DNA of 64,000 bases from an uncultured Gemmatimonadales bacterium (GTDB lineage Bacteria > Gemmatimonadota > Gemmatimonadetes > Longimicrobiales > RSA9), in contig CAWCRS010000007.1 in NCBI GenBank assembly GCA_963798085.1, positions 960,001-1,024,000 on the forward strand. Direction: 5' to 3'. Positions 42,946 through 52,160 of this stretch are shown piece by piece. Positions within the stretch are counted from its first letter, which is position 1. Every line of letters starts with the position of its first letter. Under the pieces are notes generated by a model. The model was given only the letters and a program-made list of their open reading frames with translations, was not told the origin of the DNA and ran no database searches. The translations under genes and the position numbers were made by a program.

Positions 42946-43286
42946 GGCTGGCGCCTGTTGCTCGGGCTGGGGTTCGGGATGGTGTTACGGATCGGGATCG
43001 GCTTCTGCCCAGCTGAGCGCGGGGCACGCTCTAACAGATCATCTCACACAGGGGCCACAGGGTCGGTGGAGGAGGATGCGCGGGAGCTCACGCGAGAGCC
43101 CTGGACCACCATGGCGTTCCGAGAGTGGCGCCTGCGTCGGCTCCACCAGGTCTGACACCGCGTTCCAATCCGTTGAATCCGTAACCCCAGCCTCAGCACC
43201 AGCAGCGCCATCCAGAATCGTACCGCAGTTCCCCAGCAACCAGCCCCGGCAACGAGCAACCAGCAACGCCGTTCAAGAATGGTACG

Positions 43287-43315
43287 TTGAACTTTGACGC
43301 CGGCGTAACTACGTT
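43287..43315 (+). promoter_or_regulatory. Putative sigma70 promoter; predicted start coincides with the yggS ATG
   Basis: TTGAAC-N17-TACGTT; ATG 7 nt after the -10 element; no SD sequence. Confidence 0.35.
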
Positions 43316-43321
43316 ACCAGC

Positions 43322-44014
43322 ATGTATCTGGCGCGGCTGCGCGAACATCTGCCGCAGGTCGAAGAGCGGATCGCGCGGGCGCTCGAGCGGTCGGGACGCG
43401 CCAGTGCGGTTACGATCGTCGGCGTGACGAAGGGCCATCCGGCGGCGGCTGTGCGCGCCGCGGCGGAAGCGGGTCTGCGTCACTGCGGTGAGAACCGGGT
43501 GGCCGAGCTCGCGGGCAAGCGCGCGGAGCTGGGTCAGCCGGTTCAATGGCATCTGATCGGGCATCTGCAGCGGAACAAGGTCCGGCAGGCACTCGGCCTG
43601 TTCGACCTGATCCATTCGGTGGATTCCGTCCGGCTGGCGGAGGAGCTTTCGGCCGAGGGCGGTCGCTCCGGGGTACCGGTGGAAGCGCTGGTGCAGGTGA
43701 ATGCGTCGGGCGAGGGCACGAAGGGCGGTCTGGACGTGGAGTTGGCCCTTGGGACTATCGCGGAAATGGCTCTGCTGCCGACACTTCACCTCAGGGGCCT
43801 CATGACGATGGCCCCGTTCACGGATGACGAAGCGGTGCTGCGCCGAACATTCCGGCGCACGCGCGAGCTTTTTGACGCGTGTGCGCGGGAGGTGGCGGGC
43901 TTCGAGGCCCGACACCTGTCCATGGGGATGTCGAATGATTTCGAGATCGCCGTGGAGGAGGGGAGCACAATGCTCCGGCTGGGTACCGTCCTGTTCGGGG
44001 AGCGAACACAATGA
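43322..44014 (+). CDS. yggS: PLP homeostasis protein YggS
   Basis: VTK, GENR, WHLIGHLQRNK, HSVDS, GLMTM, LSMGMS.D, R.GT..FG. Confidence 0.95.
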   Translation: MYLARLREHLPQVEERIARALERSGRASAVTIVGVTKGHPAAAVRAAAEAGLRHCGENRVAELAGKRAELGQPVQWHLIGHLQRNKVRQALGLFDLIHSVDSVRLAEELSAEGGRSGVPVEALVQVNASGEGTKGGLDVELALGTIAEMALLPTLHLRGLMTMAPFTDDEAVLRRTFRRTRELFDACAREVAGFEARHLSMGMSNDFEIAVEEGSTMLRLGTVLFGERTQ

Positions 44015-45717
44015 TCGAGCTGACGCCACTCGACGTTCGGAAGAAGAAGGGAGACTTCCGACGAGGGCTGAGAGGATACGAAACCGCGCTGGTCGATGAT
44101 TTTCTCGACCTGGTCGCGGATCGACTGGAAGTACTGGTGCGCGAAGCGGCGTCGATGGGTGAGCGCGTCGCCAGGCTCGAGCAGCAGGTTGCGGATTACC
44201 GGGATCGCGAGCGCGCGCTGACCGAAGCGCTGGTCACGGCGCAGCAAATGCGCGAAGACATCCGCACACAGTCGACGCGCGAAGTCGAGCTGCTGCGTCG
44301 TCAGGCCGAGCAGGAGGCCAGCCAGATCAAGGCGGAAGCGGTCCAGTCGCGCGAGCACGAGGAAGAAGCACTGCGCTCGCTGCGCGCACGACAGACGCAG
44401 GTCATCAGCAGCTACAAGGCGTTCCTCGAGCAGGAAATCTCGCACCTCAACGCGATGGCGCGGGGGCTCGACATGCACGCGGGCTCAATGCCGGCGCCGC
44501 CGGCCGCCCCGCCTGTGATGCCATCCCATACGCCGCCAGCACAATCGCCGGCGGCATCCACCGAACCGGCGAAAACCGCTCCGCCCGCACCGCCACCGCC
44601 GCCCGCACGGCCGCCTGTCATGGAGCGGCCCGCAGCGCCGGCGGCAGAAGCCAGCCCGTACGCGCGCGGTCCCGTCAGCTCGGTGGCCTCTCCGGCCTCG
44701 CCGGCCTCGCCGCCGCTACCACGACCGGGTCCCGTACCGTCGCCGCGCATGGCGGAACGCCCCGAGCCGCGAGGCGAGATTTCCACCGCGACGCGCAGCG
44801 AACCTTCGCGCACCAATGTGAGGCAGGGCGGTGCGGGGCGCGCAACAGAGCCGCCGCGCGCAGCATCCGGCCTGGCGCTGCCCATGGACGAAGTGGAAGC
44901 GCAACTGGAAGAAGCGCTGGCGCGCTGGGAGCCTGAGCTGGAGCAGGAACTGGAGCTGGGGAGCGACGACGCGGAAGACGATGCGCTGGTTCAGGAGATG
45001 GAGCTGCTGCTCTCCGATGATGACGTAGTGGGCGCGAATCGCAACGACGACGAGGAGAATGAGCCGGAAGCGAGCGCACCCGCGGACACCGACGATGACG
45101 ATGAGGTGCTCGAGTTTCTCGGCCTGATGGAGGACGACGAGCCGGCGGATGATTCCGAAGCCGACGACGCAGTCGCGTCGTCGCCTGCCATGCCTGCCGC
45201 CACGACAGCCGAGGCGCCCATGCCCGCGCCCCCGGCAGCGCCGCAGCGTACGGATGCGCAGCGTGCCGAGCTGGCGCGTGAAGCTTCGGCGGCGCTGCCC
45301 GAGACCGAATCGGCGAGCAGCGAGTTGATCGACCTCGATGACGCTTTCGGTGAGCCGCCGGTCACGCCAGCGGCACAAGCAGACGCGGAATCCGCTGTCG
45401 CTGAGGAACCCGAGCCGACGCCGACGGCCGCGCTGGAAGAGGCGTTCGAAGAAGCGCCGCCGGAGCCGGTCGCCGACGGACACACCGACGCCGGCAACGG
45501 GCACTCGAGCAACGGTCGCGACCTGATCGATCTGGATGCGCTGGGCTCGATCTCCAATTTCGATCTGCCCGGTCCCGGGTCCGGGGACACCTCGACACTG
45601 ACGCTGCACCCCATGTTCTTCGACCAGGAGTCGTCGGACTTACCGGGGATCAAGGAGTCCCGCGACAAGGCGAAGGACGAGCGACGCGACCGCTGGTCAT
45701 CGTCAGGAGGCGGGTGA
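44011..45717 (+). CDS. DivIVA-domain protein with long Pro-rich and acidic disordered C-terminus
   Basis: LTPLDV...F....RGY....VDDFLD, then coiled coil; about 400 aa of low-complexity tail. Confidence 0.85.
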   Translation: MIELTPLDVRKKKGDFRRGLRGYETALVDDFLDLVADRLEVLVREAASMGERVARLEQQVADYRDRERALTEALVTAQQMREDIRTQSTREVELLRRQAEQEASQIKAEAVQSREHEEEALRSLRARQTQVISSYKAFLEQEISHLNAMARGLDMHAGSMPAPPAAPPVMPSHTPPAQSPAASTEPAKTAPPAPPPPPARPPVMERPAAPAAEASPYARGPVSSVASPASPASPPLPRPGPVPSPRMAERPEPRGEISTATRSEPSRTNVRQGGAGRATEPPRAASGLALPMDEVEAQLEEALARWEPELEQELELGSDDAEDDALVQEMELLLSDDDVVGANRNDDEENEPEASAPADTDDDDEVLEFLGLMEDDEPADDSEADDAVASSPAMPAATTAEAPMPAPPAAPQRTDAQRAELAREASAALPETESASSELIDLDDAFGEPPVTPAAQADAESAVAEEPEPTPTAALEEAFEEAPPEPVADGHTDAGNGHSSNGRDLIDLDALGSISNFDLPGPGSGDTSTLTLHPMFFDQESSDLPGIKESRDKAKDERRDRWSSSGGG

Positions 45718-46574
45718 GCGGCGAAGCGGACACCACACGAACGGCGTTGCGCGAAGCCGTCGAAGCAATCCGCACACACATTCGCAGCGCGCCAGAATAC
45801 GCGATCATCCTGGGCACGGGACTCGGGCGGCTGGCATCCGAGATCCGCGTCGAGGCGGCGATTGCGTATGCCGAGATCCCGCACTTTCCGCTTTCCACTG
45901 TCGAGACGCACACGGGCCGGCTCATCCTGGGTGAGCTGGAAGGCCGGCACGTCGTGGCAATGCAGGGGCGATTTCACCGCTACGAGGGGTACACGCTCGC
46001 GGAGGTGACATTCCCCGTGCGCGTCATGCGCCTGCTCGGAGCGGAAACGCTGATCGTCTCCAATGTGAGCGGCGGCATGAACCCGCTCTGGCGGCCAGGC
46101 AATGTGGTGCTTCTCGATGACCACATCAATCTGCTGGGTGACAACCCGCTCATCGGTCCGAATCTGGACGAGCTGGGTCCGCGCTTTCCGGACATGTCTT
46201 CGCCTTACGACGCGGAGCTGCAGGCGCACGCGGAAGCCGCGGCGCTGGAGCTGGGCATGGCGCTGCGCCGCGGTGTCTACGTGGCGGTGGCGGGACCGAA
46301 CCTCGAGACGCGCGCGGAATACCGCATGCTGCGTGCACTGGGCGCGGACGTGGTGGGCATGAGCACCGTGCCCGAAGTGATCGTCGCGCGGCACATGAGC
46401 ATGCGGGTGCTGGGGCTCAGCATCATCACGGATGCGTGTCTGCCGGATGCGTTGGAGCCCGCGAACATTGATGTTATCATCCGCACCGCCGGTGAGGCCG
46501 AGCCGCGGCTCACCGCGCTGATCCGGAAGGTACTGCAGCGAGCCGGTCCCGGGAGGGAAGCCAGGGCCGTCTGA
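45714..46574 (+). CDS. punA: Purine-nucleoside phosphorylase (trimeric type)
   Basis: ILGTGLG, GRFHRYEGY, GPRFPDM, GPNLET.AE, GADVVGMSTVPE. Confidence 0.93.
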   Translation: MSGEADTTRTALREAVEAIRTHIRSAPEYAIILGTGLGRLASEIRVEAAIAYAEIPHFPLSTVETHTGRLILGELEGRHVVAMQGRFHRYEGYTLAEVTFPVRVMRLLGAETLIVSNVSGGMNPLWRPGNVVLLDDHINLLGDNPLIGPNLDELGPRFPDMSSPYDAELQAHAEAAALELGMALRRGVYVAVAGPNLETRAEYRMLRALGADVVGMSTVPEVIVARHMSMRVLGLSIITDACLPDALEPANIDVIIRTAGEAEPRLTALIRKVLQRAGPGREARAV

Positions 46575-46594
46575 ACAGGGCGACGACGCACGAC

Positions 46595-49500
46595 ATGAAA
46601 TACCCCGAGTATCCCGCATCACCCGTCGAACTCGAGGAATGGGTTCTGGCACGGTGGCGCGAGGAGGATCTGTTGCGCCGCACGCTGGAGGCGACGGCGC
46701 ACCTGCCCGAGTTCGTGTTCCACGAGGGACCGCCGACGGCCAACGGCCGGCCCGGCATCCATCACGTCATCAGCCGCACGCTCAAGGACCTGGTGTGCCG
46801 TTTCCAGACGATGAACGGACACCACGTCACCCGCATCGCGGGCTGGGACACGCACGGCCTGCCGGTGGAGATCGAAGCGGAGAAGAAGCTGGGCATCAAC
46901 GGCAAACGCGAGATCGAGGCGATTGGCGTGGCGCGCTTCAACGAGGTCTGCCGCGAGAGCGTTTTCACGTACAAGGAGGAGTGGGAGCGGCTTTCCGAGC
47001 GCATCGGCTACTGGCTGGACTACTCGAAGCCGTACGTCACGTTCACGCCCGAGTACATCGAGAGCGTGTGGTGGATCCTGGGGCAGCTGTGGGAGCGCGG
47101 GCTGATCTATCGCGGGCACAAGAGCGTGCCCTACTGCCCGCGCTGCGGTACCGCGCTCAGCTCGCACGAGGTGGCGCAGGGCTATGAGGAGGTGAAGGAC
47201 CCGTCGCTCTACTTCCTGTGCCCGCTGCTCACGGCGGACGGCCGCCCCGATCCGGACAACAGAGCGTTTGCCGTATGGACGACGACGCCGTGGACGGTGC
47301 CATCGAACGTGGCCCTCGCAATGCATCCGGATCTGCCCTACGTCGAAGTCGAGGCGGACGGCAGGCGGCTCATCCTGGCGGAGTCACGCGTCGCCGCCAC
47401 ACTCGGTGACGCTGTGTCCGTGCTGCGCCGCTACGCGGCACACGAGCTGGAAGGCGTGCGCTACGCGCGGCCGCTGGACATGGTGCCCGCAGCAGAGAGC
47501 GATACCGGCTGGCGCGTGGTGCTGGAACGCTTCGTCACGGCGGATGACGGCACCGGCATCGTGCACATTGCGCCCGCGTTCGGTGCCGATGACTACGCGA
47601 CCGGGCAGAAATACGACCTGCCATTCCTGCGCCCCGTGGATGACGCGGGCCGCTTCGAGGCAGGCATCGCGCTGGTGGGCGGCATGTTCGTGAAGGATGC
47701 GGACGCGCCGCTGGTCCAGGCGCTCGAGCAGCGCGGCCTGCTGCTGCGCTATGGTCAGGTGGTGCACACCTATCCGCACTGCTGGCGCTGTGGCAGTCCA
47801 CTGCTCTACATGGCGAGAGACTCGTGGTACATCCGCACGACGGCTCTCAAGCAGAACCTGCTGGACAACAATGCGCAGGTGAGCTGGCATCCGCCGGAAG
47901 TGGGATCGGGCCGGTTTGGTGAATGGCTGGAAGGCAATGTCGACTGGGCGCTCTCGCGCGAGCGCTACTGGGGCACACCCCTGCCCGCCTGGGTGTGCGA
48001 CAACAATGCCGCGCACGTGGACTTCCTCGGCTCGTTCGCGGCACTGGCGGAGAGAGTCGGGCCGCTGACGGAGCCATTCGATCCGCACAAGCCGTTCATC
48101 GATGAGCTGACATGGTCGTGCGCGCAGTGCGATGGCACCATGCGGCGTACGCCGGAAGTGATCGACGTGTGGTTCGACTCCGGGTCGATGCCCTATGCGC
48201 AGTGGCACTACCCGTTCGAGAACCAGGCGCAGTTCCAGCGCCACTTCCCGGCGGACTACATCTGCGAAGGCGTGGACCAGACGCGCGGCTGGTTCTATTC
48301 GCTGATGGCGATCTCGACAATGCTGGGACTGGGTCCCGCGTACCGCAACGTCGTGGTGAACGACCTGGTGCTGGACGCGGAAGGCCTGAAGATGTCGAAG
48401 TCGCGGGGCAACGTGGTGGACCCGTGGCAGGCGATCGCGCAATTCGGCGCCGATGCCATCCGCTGGTATTTCCTCACGGTGTCGCAGCCATGGGTGCCCA
48501 AGCGTTTCGATCCCGCGGCACTGACCACGGGCGCGCGCGGCACGTTCGACCGGTTGAGCAACACCTATCGCTTCTTCGCCATGTATGCGAACGAAGAGGG
48601 GTGGACGCCGGCTGTCGCGGCGCCGCCGGTTGCCGAACGCCACACGCTCGATCGCTGGGTACTCTCCCGCGTGAGCGATCTGGCGCGCCGCGTGCACGCG
48701 GACTTCGAGGCGTACGACATCACGCGCGCGGCCAGGGCTATCGCGGAATTCGTGGTGGACGATCTGTCCAACTGGTACGTGCGCGGCAGCCGCGACCGCT
48801 TCTACGGGCGGGCCGGGCAGGCCGACGCGGCCGCTACTAACGCCGCGTTTGCCACACTGCACGAAACCCTGGTCGCGGTGGCCCGCATGCTGGCGCCGCT
48901 GGTGCCGTTCCACGCCGACTGGCTGCATCGCGCGCTGTGCGACAATGCCAGCGTGCACCTCTCGCCTTTCCCGGGCAGTCCGGCGAGCAATGTGGCGCAG
49001 GCCGCCGTGGACGACACGCTGGAGCGGGGCATGACGGCGGTGCGCGAGCTGGTGCGGCTGGGTCGGGCGGGGAGGGACCGCGTGCGCATTCGCACCCGGC
49101 AGCCGCTGAGCACGCTGTTCGCCGTGGTGCCGGGCCGCCACGCGCTGGATAACACGCTGCTCGAAGTGCTGAAGGAAGAGCTGAACGTGCGCGAGGTGCG
49201 TTTCCCGGAGCGTGCCGATGAGCTGGTGACGCTGCGCGCGTCGCCCAGCTTCCGCGTACTGGGCAAGCGCTTCGGCGGCCGGACGCAGCATGCGGCGGAG
49301 CACATCCGCGCACTGTCTTCCGCGGCACTGGCCGCGTTCCGCGCGGGTGCGCCGCTGGCGATCGAGCTGGAAGGCGAGCGCTTCACGCTGAGCGCGGAGG
49401 AAGTCGAGGTGCGGGAAGAGCCGCGCGGCGAGCTGGCCATCGAGTCGGACGGCGGCTACACCGTCGCCATCGACACGACGGTTACGGAAGAGCTGCGCCT

Positions 49501-49765
49501 GGAAGGACTGGCGCGCGATCTGGTGAACCGCATTCAGCGGCTGCGCCGGGATGCGAAGCTGCACGTCAGCGACCGCATCCGACTGGGCATCTTCGGACCG
49601 GAAACCGTGCGCGCCGCCGTCGCGGTCCATGGCGCCAGCATCGCCCGCGAAACGCTGGCCACCGACCTCGTGAGCGACGCGGCGGCGCCGGATGGCGTGT
49701 TCCCGTTCACGAGCGACGTGGACCTGGACGGCCTTGTCCTGACCATCGGACTGGCGCGCGCATGA
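46595..49765 (+). CDS. ileS: Isoleucyl-tRNA synthetase, type 2
   Basis: GPPTANGRPGIHH, GWDTHGLP, WTTTPWT, GTGIVHIAP, EGVDQTRGWF, KMSKS; C-terminal EG.AR..VNRIQ..R typical of IleRS2. Confidence 0.97.
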   Translation: MKYPEYPASPVELEEWVLARWREEDLLRRTLEATAHLPEFVFHEGPPTANGRPGIHHVISRTLKDLVCRFQTMNGHHVTRIAGWDTHGLPVEIEAEKKLGINGKREIEAIGVARFNEVCRESVFTYKEEWERLSERIGYWLDYSKPYVTFTPEYIESVWWILGQLWERGLIYRGHKSVPYCPRCGTALSSHEVAQGYEEVKDPSLYFLCPLLTADGRPDPDNRAFAVWTTTPWTVPSNVALAMHPDLPYVEVEADGRRLILAESRVAATLGDAVSVLRRYAAHELEGVRYARPLDMVPAAESDTGWRVVLERFVTADDGTGIVHIAPAFGADDYATGQKYDLPFLRPVDDAGRFEAGIALVGGMFVKDADAPLVQALEQRGLLLRYGQVVHTYPHCWRCGSPLLYMARDSWYIRTTALKQNLLDNNAQVSWHPPEVGSGRFGEWLEGNVDWALSRERYWGTPLPAWVCDNNAAHVDFLGSFAALAERVGPLTEPFDPHKPFIDELTWSCAQCDGTMRRTPEVIDVWFDSGSMPYAQWHYPFENQAQFQRHFPADYICEGVDQTRGWFYSLMAISTMLGLGPAYRNVVVNDLVLDAEGLKMSKSRGNVVDPWQAIAQFGADAIRWYFLTVSQPWVPKRFDPAALTTGARGTFDRLSNTYRFFAMYANEEGWTPAVAAPPVAERHTLDRWVLSRVSDLARRVHADFEAYDITRAARAIAEFVVDDLSNWYVRGSRDRFYGRAGQADAAATNAAFATLHETLVAVARMLAPLVPFHADWLHRALCDNASVHLSPFPGSPASNVAQAAVDDTLERGMTAVRELVRLGRAGRDRVRIRTRQPLSTLFAVVPGRHALDNTLLEVLKEELNVREVRFPERADELVTLRASPSFRVLGKRFGGRTQHAAEHIRALSSAALAAFRAGAPLAIELEGERFTLSAEEVEVREEPRGELAIESDGGYTVAIDTTVTEELRLEGLARDLVNRIQRLRRDAKLHVSDRIRLGIFGPETVRAAVAVHGASIARETLATDLVSDAAAPDGVFPFTSDVDLDGLVLTIGLARA

Positions 49766-50265
49766 CAGCGAACGCGAATCAGGCGAAGCTGCGCTTCCTG
49801 CTGCTCATTCTGTTCGTGGTGGTGGCGCTGGACACGGCGACCAAGCTGGCGGTGCAGCGCACGATGGGCCGCTACGATCGCGTGCCGGTGCTGGGCAATG
49901 TGGTGCGCCTCACGTACATCCAGAATCCGGGCGCCGCATTCGGCATCCATCTGGGCGCGCACTCGCGCATCATCTTCCTGCTGCTGTCGCTGCTCGCGCT
50001 GGGTGTACTGGCGGCCATGTACTGGTACACGCCGGCGACCGACCGCGCCCGCCTGCTGGCCATCGCCCTGATCTGCGGTGGCGCACTCGGGAACCTGGTG
50101 GACCGCGTGCGCTCGCCGCTGGGTGTGGTGGACTTCGTCGATGTGGGTCTGGGCTCACTGCGCTGGCCGGTCTTCAATGTTGCGGACATGGCTGTTACCA
50201 CGGGAGCGATCGTGCTGGCCCTTTCCCTCTGGCGGGAGGACAAGCGCGTTGCAGGAGCTGACTGA
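49762..50265 (+). CDS. lspA: Lipoprotein signal peptidase II
   Basis: D..TK, NPGAAFG, GGALGNLVDR, VVDF, FNVAD. Confidence 0.96.
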   Translation: MTANANQAKLRFLLLILFVVVALDTATKLAVQRTMGRYDRVPVLGNVVRLTYIQNPGAAFGIHLGAHSRIIFLLLSLLALGVLAAMYWYTPATDRARLLAIALICGGALGNLVDRVRSPLGVVDFVDVGLGSLRWPVFNVADMAVTTGAIVLALSLWREDKRVAGAD

Positions 50266-51226
50266 GCCGGGACCGGTGCGGCTGGTGGTGGAAGCCTCCG
50301 TGGCGGAGCGGCTGGACAGCTGGCTGGCGGCCCGCCTGCCCCAGCATTCGCGGTCGCGCATTGTGCAGCTGATCGAGCAGGGTCACGTGCGCGTGAACGG
50401 CGAGCAGCCGCGCAAGAGGGATCACCCGGCAGCGGGCGATGTCATCGAAATCGACATACCCCCACCCGAGCCGTCGGCGTTGCTGCCGGAAGCGATTCCG
50501 CTGCGCATCGCCTGGGAGGATGCGGATCTGCTCGTGGTGGACAAGCCGGCGGGCCTGGTGGTGCACCCGGCGCCGGGGCATCCGTCGGGAACGCTGGTGA
50601 ATGCGCTGCTGCACCACGCCGGCGATCTGCAGGGCATTGGCGGAGTCCGCCGGCCCGGGCTGGTGCACCGCCTGGATCGCGACACCTCCGGACTCATGCT
50701 GGTGGCGAAAACGGAGGCGGCGCAGCGCGCATTGTCGAGCGCGTTGAAGCGGCGGGAGATTCGTCGCCTGTATCAGGTTGCAGCCTGGGGCCACCTTCGA
50801 TCCGATACTGTGAAGGTGGAGGCGCCGATCGGGCGGTCGCCGTCCGATCGGAAACGCATGGCGGTAGTGGAGAGCGGGCGCGCAGCGGTCACGCATTTCG
50901 AGCGGCTGGAGCGCTGGCGAGGCGTGGATCTCCTGCAGGCAAGGCTGGAAACGGGGCGCACGCATCAGATTCGCGTTCACCTGTCGCACATCGGGCATTC
51001 CGTGGTCGGGGATCGGGCCTATGGCGGAGCAGACGATCGGGGCACGAGCGGACCGGCGCGCGTATGGGCGCGCGAGCTGTTGCAACGCGTGCACCGACAG
51101 TTTCTGCACGCGACAGAGTTGTCGTTCCGGCACCCGCGCACAGGGGAGATGATGCAACTGCGCTCGCCATTGCCCGCTGATCTGGAAGCTGCGGCCGAAT
51201 GGGCGCGGCAGACTTCGTCTGGTTGA
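50249..51226 (+). CDS. rluD: RluA/RluD-family pseudouridine synthase with S4 domain
   Basis: RLDSWL..SRS, KPAGLVVHP, HRLDRDTSG, TGRTHQIRVH; TTG start after GGAGGA. Confidence 0.92.
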   Translation: MQELTEPGPVRLVVEASVAERLDSWLAARLPQHSRSRIVQLIEQGHVRVNGEQPRKRDHPAAGDVIEIDIPPPEPSALLPEAIPLRIAWEDADLLVVDKPAGLVVHPAPGHPSGTLVNALLHHAGDLQGIGGVRRPGLVHRLDRDTSGLMLVAKTEAAQRALSSALKRREIRRLYQVAAWGHLRSDTVKVEAPIGRSPSDRKRMAVVESGRAAVTHFERLERWRGVDLLQARLETGRTHQIRVHLSHIGHSVVGDRAYGGADDRGTSGPARVWARELLQRVHRQFLHATELSFRHPRTGEMMQLRSPLPADLEAAAEWARQTSSG

Positions 51227-51252
51227 CCGCCTCGTGCGCGCGGACGTATTGT
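51223..51252 (+). promoter_or_regulatory. Putative sigma70 promoter for the che-mgl operon
   Basis: TTGACC-N18-TATTGT about 50 nt upstream of the cheW ATG. Confidence 0.35.
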
Positions 51253-51300
51253 TCCCGCAGCCTGCCAGTCAAGGCTCTCCCCGAGACAAAGTCGTGCACA

Positions 51301-51759
51301 ATGGAGCGTGACCTTTCCATCGGCGAATCCGCGCACGCGCCACCCTCGCCGTGGGCGTTCTTCGCCTGCAGTGGCAAGGGTTACGCAGTGCCGCTGGAAC
51401 GCGTCGATGAGATCGTGCCGCCGCAACCGCTCACGCGCATTCCCGGTTGCGGACCGTCCGTGTGCGGGCTGATCGGCCTGCGCGGCCGGGTGATCACCGT
51501 GTTCGATCTGGGCGTGCTGACAGGCGTGTCAGCAGCCGCGGCGCACCCGGATTATCGTGTGGTGCTCATGTGGCGGGGCGAGCGCGTGCTTGGCCTTGCC
51601 GTTGACGAAATGATCACGATCGCCTCGCCGGAAGAGGCGGAAGACATGGAAGCCGCCAGGGACGGCGGCGCCGACGCGGCGAACCGTGCAGTGAAGATCG
51701 GCGGCCGCGAATTCACCATACTCGACCCGGACGGACTGTTTGCCACGTTGCTTACCTGA
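51301..51759 (+). CDS. cheW: CheW-family coupling protein
   Basis: YAVP...V.EI, TRIPG....V.GLIGLRGRVITVFDL, GLAVD. Confidence 0.88.
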   Translation: MERDLSIGESAHAPPSPWAFFACSGKGYAVPLERVDEIVPPQPLTRIPGCGPSVCGLIGLRGRVITVFDLGVLTGVSAAAAHPDYRVVLMWRGERVLGLAVDEMITIASPEEAEDMEAARDGGADAANRAVKIGGREFTILDPDGLFATLLT

Positions 51760-51782
51760 CGGCCGGGCGTTGTGAGGAGGTC

Positions 51783-52145
51783 ATGGCACGAACCGTTCTG
51801 ATCTGCGACGACGCGCTCTTCATGCGGACGATGCTGGCTGAGATCATGGAGCAGGCGGGATTCGAAGTCGTGGCACAGGCTGCCACCGGCGCGGAAGCGG
51901 TGAAGCTGTATCGCGACCTGAAACCGGACCTGGTCACGATGGATATCATCATGCCCGACATGGGTGGCATTGAAGCCGTCAAGGCGATCGTCAACGAGCA
52001 CCCGGAAGCAAACATCGTGATGTGCAGTGCAATGGGGCAGCAGGCGCTGGTCATCGAGGCGATCCAGGCCGGGGCGAGGGATTTCGTGGTCAAGCCATTC
52101 CAGCCGGCGCGCGTCCTGGAGGCGGTTCACCGCGTTCTGGGCTGA
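51783..52145 (+). CDS. cheY: Single-domain response regulator CheY (Bacillus/Thermotoga/DifD-like)
   Basis: DDALFMR, PDLVTMDI.MP, CSAMGQ, DFVVKPF. Confidence 0.93.
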   Translation: MARTVLICDDALFMRTMLAEIMEQAGFEVVAQAATGAEAVKLYRDLKPDLVTMDIIMPDMGGIEAVKAIVNEHPEANIVMCSAMGQQALVIEAIQAGARDFVVKPFQPARVLEAVHRVLG

Positions 52146-52160
52146 TTGCGCGGAGGCGCT

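Noticed and set aside
42946..43321. c-di-AMP (ydaO) riboswitch or a small CDS after cdaA
   Set aside because: I found no ydaO consensus elements, and the short ORFs on both strands lack codon bias and motifs.
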